Part shown: one piece after another, positions 59,301 through 64,000 of the stretch
Numbering within the stretch: position 1 is the stretch's first letter
Layout of the letters: the number at the start of each line of letters is the position of its first letter
Assembly (NCBI RefSeq): GCF_009914755.1
Contig: NC_060925.1
Length of the DNA: 64,000 bases
Source of the DNA: the human T2T-CHM13v2.0 reference genome, Homo sapiens
Reading direction: 5' to 3' (one strand)
Translations under genes and position numbers: made by a program
Notes under the pieces: generated by a model
Seen by the model: only the letters and a program-made list of their open reading frames with translations
Told to the model about the DNA's origin: nothing
Databases searched by the model: none

Positions 59301-62300
59301 AAGAGAATCATCGAATGGACCCGAATGGAATCATCTAATGGAATGGAATGGAATAATCCATGGACTCGAATGCAATCATCATCGAATGGAATCGAATGGA
59401 ATCATCGAATGGACTCGAATGGAATAATCATTGAACGGAATCGAATGGAATCATCATCGGATGGAAATGAATGGAATCATCATCGAATGGAATCGAATAG
59501 AATTATGGAATGAAATCCAGTGTGATCATCATCGAATGGACCCGAATGGAATCATCATCCAACGGAAGCTAATGGAATCAACATCGAATGAATTGAATGG
59601 AAACACCATCGAATTGAAACGAATGGAATTATCATGAAATTGAAATGGATGGACTCATCATCGAATGGATTCGAATGGAATCATCGAATAAAATTGATTG
59701 AAATCATCATCGAATGGAGTCGAATGGTATCATTGAATGGAATCGAATGGAATCATCATCAGATGGAAATGAATGGAATCGTCATAGAATGGAATCGAAT
59801 GGATTCATTGAATGGAATCAGATGGAATCATCGAATGGACTGGAATGGAATCATTGAATGGACTCGAAAGGGATCATGATTGAATGGAATTGAATGGAAT
59901 CATCGAATGGTCTCGATTGGAATCATTATCAAATGGAATCGAATGGAATCACCGAATAGAATCGAATGGAACAATCATCGAATGGACTCAAATGGAATTA
60001 TCCTCAAATGGAATCGAATGGAATTATCGAATGCAATCGAATGGAATTATCGAATGCAATCGAATAGAATCATCGAAAGGACTCGAATGGAATCATCGAA
60101 TGGAATGGAATGGAACAGTCAATGAACTCGAATGGAATCATCATTGAATGGAATCGAATGGAATCATCGAGTGGAATCGAATGGAATTATGATCAAATGG
60201 AATCGAATGTAATCATCATCAAATGGAATCAAAAATAACCATCATCAATTGGTATTGAATGGAATTGTCATCAAATGGAATTCAAAGGAATCATCATCAA
60301 ATGGAACCGAATGGAATCCTCATTGAATGGAAATGAAAGGGGTCATCATCTAATGGAATCGCATGGAATCATCATCAAATGGAATCGAATGGAATCATCA
60401 TCAAATGGAATCTAATGGAATCATTGAACAGAATTGAATGGAATCGTCATCGAATGAATTGAATGCAATCATCGAATGGTCTCGAATGGAATCATCTTCT
60501 AATGGAAAGGAATGGAATCATCGCATAGAATCGAATGGAATTATCATCGAATGGAATCGAATGGTATCAACACCAAACGGAAAAAAACGGAATTATCGAA
60601 TGGAATCGAAGAGATTCTTCGAACGGACCCGAATGGAATCATCTAATGGAATGGAATGGAATAATCCATGGACTCGAATGCAATCATCATCGAATGGAAT
60701 GGAATGGAATCATCGAATGGACTCGAATGGAATAATCATTGAACGGAATCGAATGGAATCATCATCGGATGGAAACGAATGGAATCATCATCGAATGGAA
60801 ATGAAAGGAGTCATCATCTAATGGAATTGCATGGAATCATCATCAAATGGAATCGAATGGAATCAACATCAAATGGAATCAAATGGAATCATTGAACGGA
60901 ATTGAATGGAATCGTCATCGAATGAATTGACTGCAATCATCGAATGGTCTCGAATGGAATCATCTTCAAATGGAATGGAATGGAATCATCGCATAGAATC
61001 GAATGGAATTATCATCGAATGGAATCGAATGGAATCAACATCAAACGGAAAAAAACGGAATTATCGAATGGAATCGAAGAGAATCATCGAATGGACCCGA
61101 ATGGAATCATCTAATGGAATGGAATGGAATAATCCATGGACTCGAATGCAATCATCATCGAATGGAATCGAATGGAATCATCGAATGGACTCGAATGGAA
61201 TAATCATTGAACGGAATCGAATGGAATCATCATCGGATGGAAATGAATGGAATCATCATCGAATGGAATCGAATAGAATTATGGAATGAAATCCAGTGTG
61301 ATCATCATCGAATGGACCCGAATGGAATCATCATCCAACGGAAGCTAATGGAATCAACATCGAATGAATCGAATGGAAACACCATCGAATTGAAACGAAT
61401 GGAATTATCATGAAATTGAAATGGATGGACTCATCATCGAATGGATTCGAATGGAATCATCGAATAAAATTGATTGAAATCATCATCCAATGGAATCGAA
61501 TGGTATCATTGAATGGAATCGAATGGAATCATCATCAGATGGAAATGAATGGAATCGTCATAGAATGGAATCGAATGGATTCATTGAATGGAATCAGATG
61601 GAATCATCGTATGGACTGGAATGGAATCATTGAATGGACTCGAAAGGGATCATGATTGAATGGAATTGAATGGAATCATCGAATGGTCTCGATTGGAATC
61701 ATTATCAAATGGAATCGAATGGAATCACCGAATAGAATCGAATGGAACAATCATCGAATGGACTCAAATGGAATTATCCTCAAATGGAATCGAATGGAAT
61801 TATCGAATGCAATCGGATGGAATTATCGAATGCAATCGAATAGAATCATCGAATGGACTCGAATGGAATCATCGAATGGAATGGAATGGAACAGTCAATG
61901 AACTCGAATGGAATCATCATTGAATGGAATCGAATGGAATCATCGAGTGGAATCGAATGGAATTATGATCAAATGGAATCGAATGTAATCATCATCAAAT
62001 GGAATCAAAAATAACCATCATCAATTGGTATTGAATGGAATTGTCATCAAATGGAATTCAAAGGAATCATCATCAAATGGAACCGAATGGAATCCTCATT
62101 GAATGGAAATGAAAGGGGTCATCATCTAATGGAATCGCATGGAATCATCATCAAATGGAATCGAATGGAATCATCATCAAATGGAATCTAATGGAATCAT
62201 TGAACAGAATTGAATGGAATCGTCATCGAATGAATTGAATGCAATCATCGAATGGTCTCGAATGGAATCATCTTCTAATGGAAAGGAATGGAATCATCGC

Positions 62301-63989
62301 ATAGAATCGAATGGAATTATCATCGAATGGAATCGAATGGTATCAACACCAAACGGAAAAAAACGGAATTATCGAATGGAATCGAAGAGAATCTTCGAAC
62401 GGACCCGAATGGAATCATCTAATGGAATGGAATGGAATAATCCATGGACTCGAATGCAATCATCATCGAATGGAATGGAATGGAATCATCGAATGGACTC
62501 GAATGGAATAATCATTGAACGGAATCGAATGGAATCATCATCGGATGGAAACGAATGGAATCATCATCGAATGGAAATGAAAGGAGTCATCATCTAATGG
62601 AATTGCATGGAATCATCATAAAATGGAATCGAATGGAATCAACATCAAATGGAATCAAATGGAATCATTGAACGGAATTGAATGGAATCGTCATCGAATG
62701 AATTGACTGCAATCATCGAATGGTCTCGAATGGAATCATCTTCAAATGGAATGGAATGGAATCATCGCATAGAATCGAATGGAATTATCATCGAATGGAA
62801 TCGAATGGAATCAACATCAAACGGAAAAAAACGGAATTATCGAATGGAATCGAAGAGAATCATCGAATGGACCCGAATGGAATCATCTAATGGAATGGAA
62901 TGGAATAATCCATGGACTCGAATGCAATCATCATCGAATGGAATCGAATGGAATCATCGAATGGACTCGAATGGAATAATCATTGAACGGAATCGAATGG
63001 AATCATCATCGGATGGAAATGAATGGAATCATCATCGAATGGAATCGAATAGAATTATGGAATGAAATCCAGTGTGATCATCATCGAATGGACCCGAATG
63101 GAATCATCATCCAACGGAAGCTAATGGAATCAACATCGAATGAATCGAATGGAAACACCATCGAATTGAAACGAATGGAATTATCATGAAATTGAAATGG
63201 ATGGACTCATCATCGAATGGATTCGAATGGAATCATCGAATAAAATTGATTGAAATCATCATCAAATGGAATCGAATGGTATCATTGAATGGAATCGAAT
63301 GGAATCATCATCAGATGGAAATGAATGGAATCGTCATAGAATGGAATCGAATGGATTCATTGAATGGAATCAGATGGAATCATCGAATGGACTGGAATGG
63401 AATCATTGAATGGACTCGAAAGGGATCATGATTGAATGGAATTGAATGGAATCATCGAATGGTCTCGATTGGAATCATTATCAAATGGAATCGAATGGAA
63501 TCACCGAATAGAATCGAATGGAACAATCATCGAATGGACTCAAATGGAATTATCCTCAAATGGAATCGAATGGAATTATCGAATGCAATCGAATGGAATT
63601 ATCGAATGCAATCGAATAGAATCATCGAATGGACTCGAATGGAATCATCGAATGGAATGGAATGGAACAGTCAATGAACTCGAATGGAATCATCATTGAA
63701 TGGAATCGAATGGAATCATCGAGTGGAATCGAATGGAATTATGATCAAATGGAATCGAATGTAATCATCATCAAATGGAATCAAAAATAACCATCATCAA
63801 TTGGTATTGAATGGAATTGTCATCAAATGGAATTCAAAGGAATCATCATCAAATGGAACCGAATGGAATCCTCATTGAATGGAAATGAAAGGGGTCATCA
63901 TCTAATGGAATCGCATGGAATCATCATCAAATGGAATCGAATGGAATCATCATCAAATGGAATCTAATGGAATCATTGAACAGAATTGA
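53334..63989 (+). repeat. Run of six length-perfect 1776-bp units
   Basis: Anchors at 53334, 55110, 56886, 58662, 60438, 62214, 63990. Confidence 0.95.
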
Positions 63990-64000
63990 ATGGAATCGTC

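Larger units (their letters stand above)
1..64000 (+). repeat. Human satellite II (HSat2/HSATII) tandem array, GAATG strand on +, 1776-bp higher-order repeat (likely the 1q12 1.77-kb family)
   Basis: Continuous GAATG pentamer derivatives with ATCATC and TCGA motifs. Unique landmarks (CGGAAAAAAACGG, ATCCAGTGTGATC, CAACGGAAGCT, GGAATTCAAAGG, GAAAGGGGTC) recur with 1776-bp period, and the ORF track repeats with the same period. Confidence 0.97.

Noticed and set aside
198-63699. About 240 short + strand ORFs (MESSSNEL..., MELSSNG..., MKLKWMD...) as protein-coding genes
   Set aside because: They are low-complexity translations of GAATG repeats (MEWN/GIEW/ESSN), overlap in several frames, recur with the satellite period, and are broken freely by stops and frameshifts between copies. 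The strand bias is explained by frequent TCA giving TGA stops on the minus strand.
1-64000. CRISPR-like repeat-spacer array
   Set aside because: There are no unique spacers; the sequence between 23/26-bp motifs is itself repeated in every unit, and no cas genes are present.
1-64000. HSat3 (DYZ1 or 9q12), alpha satellite or telomeric repeat
   Set aside because: Pure (GGAAT)n runs are short and ATCATCGAATG motifs dominate, as in HSat2. There is no 171-bp period, CENP-B box or TTAGGG.
1-64000. Specific promoters or HSF1/DUX4 binding sites
   Set aside because: GAA and AATCA submotifs are inherent to the repeat; individual functional sites cannot be supported without motif scoring or ChIP data.

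Overview
The entire 64 kb window is one uninterrupted, single-orientation tandem satellite array built from degenerate GAATG/(CATTC)n pentamers and the ATCATCGAATGGAATCGAATGGA-type 23/26-bp units typical of human satellite II (HSat2/HSATII). It has a 1776-bp higher-order unit with one conserved EcoRI site per unit. This fits the 1.77-kb HSat2 repeat of 1q12 pericentromeric heterochromatin (pUC1.77/D1Z1 type); the chromosome assignment comes from prior knowledge and was not verified. I used the recurring 'GAATTGAATGGAATCGTCATCG' landmark as an anchor (198, 1974, 3724 ... 62214, 63990). It gives 38 complete units: 25 of 1776 bp, 3 of 1063, 4 of 1308, 2 of 1750, and one each of 1275, 1753, 1781 and 2662 bp, which sum exactly to 63,792 bp. 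Each canonical unit holds an internal 468-bp tandem duplication (subunits A and B) plus about 840 bp of unique sequence (C). I found no genes, RNA genes, transposon insertions, inversions or CRISPR arrays; all listed ORFs are translations of the satellite. I found no evidence of a new protein-coding system. The interest lies in the recombination record: recurrent A/B unequal exchanges, a propagated 713-bp deletion allele, a diverged island, long-range haplotype copies and short gene-conversion-like tracts. All variant comparisons were made by eye.
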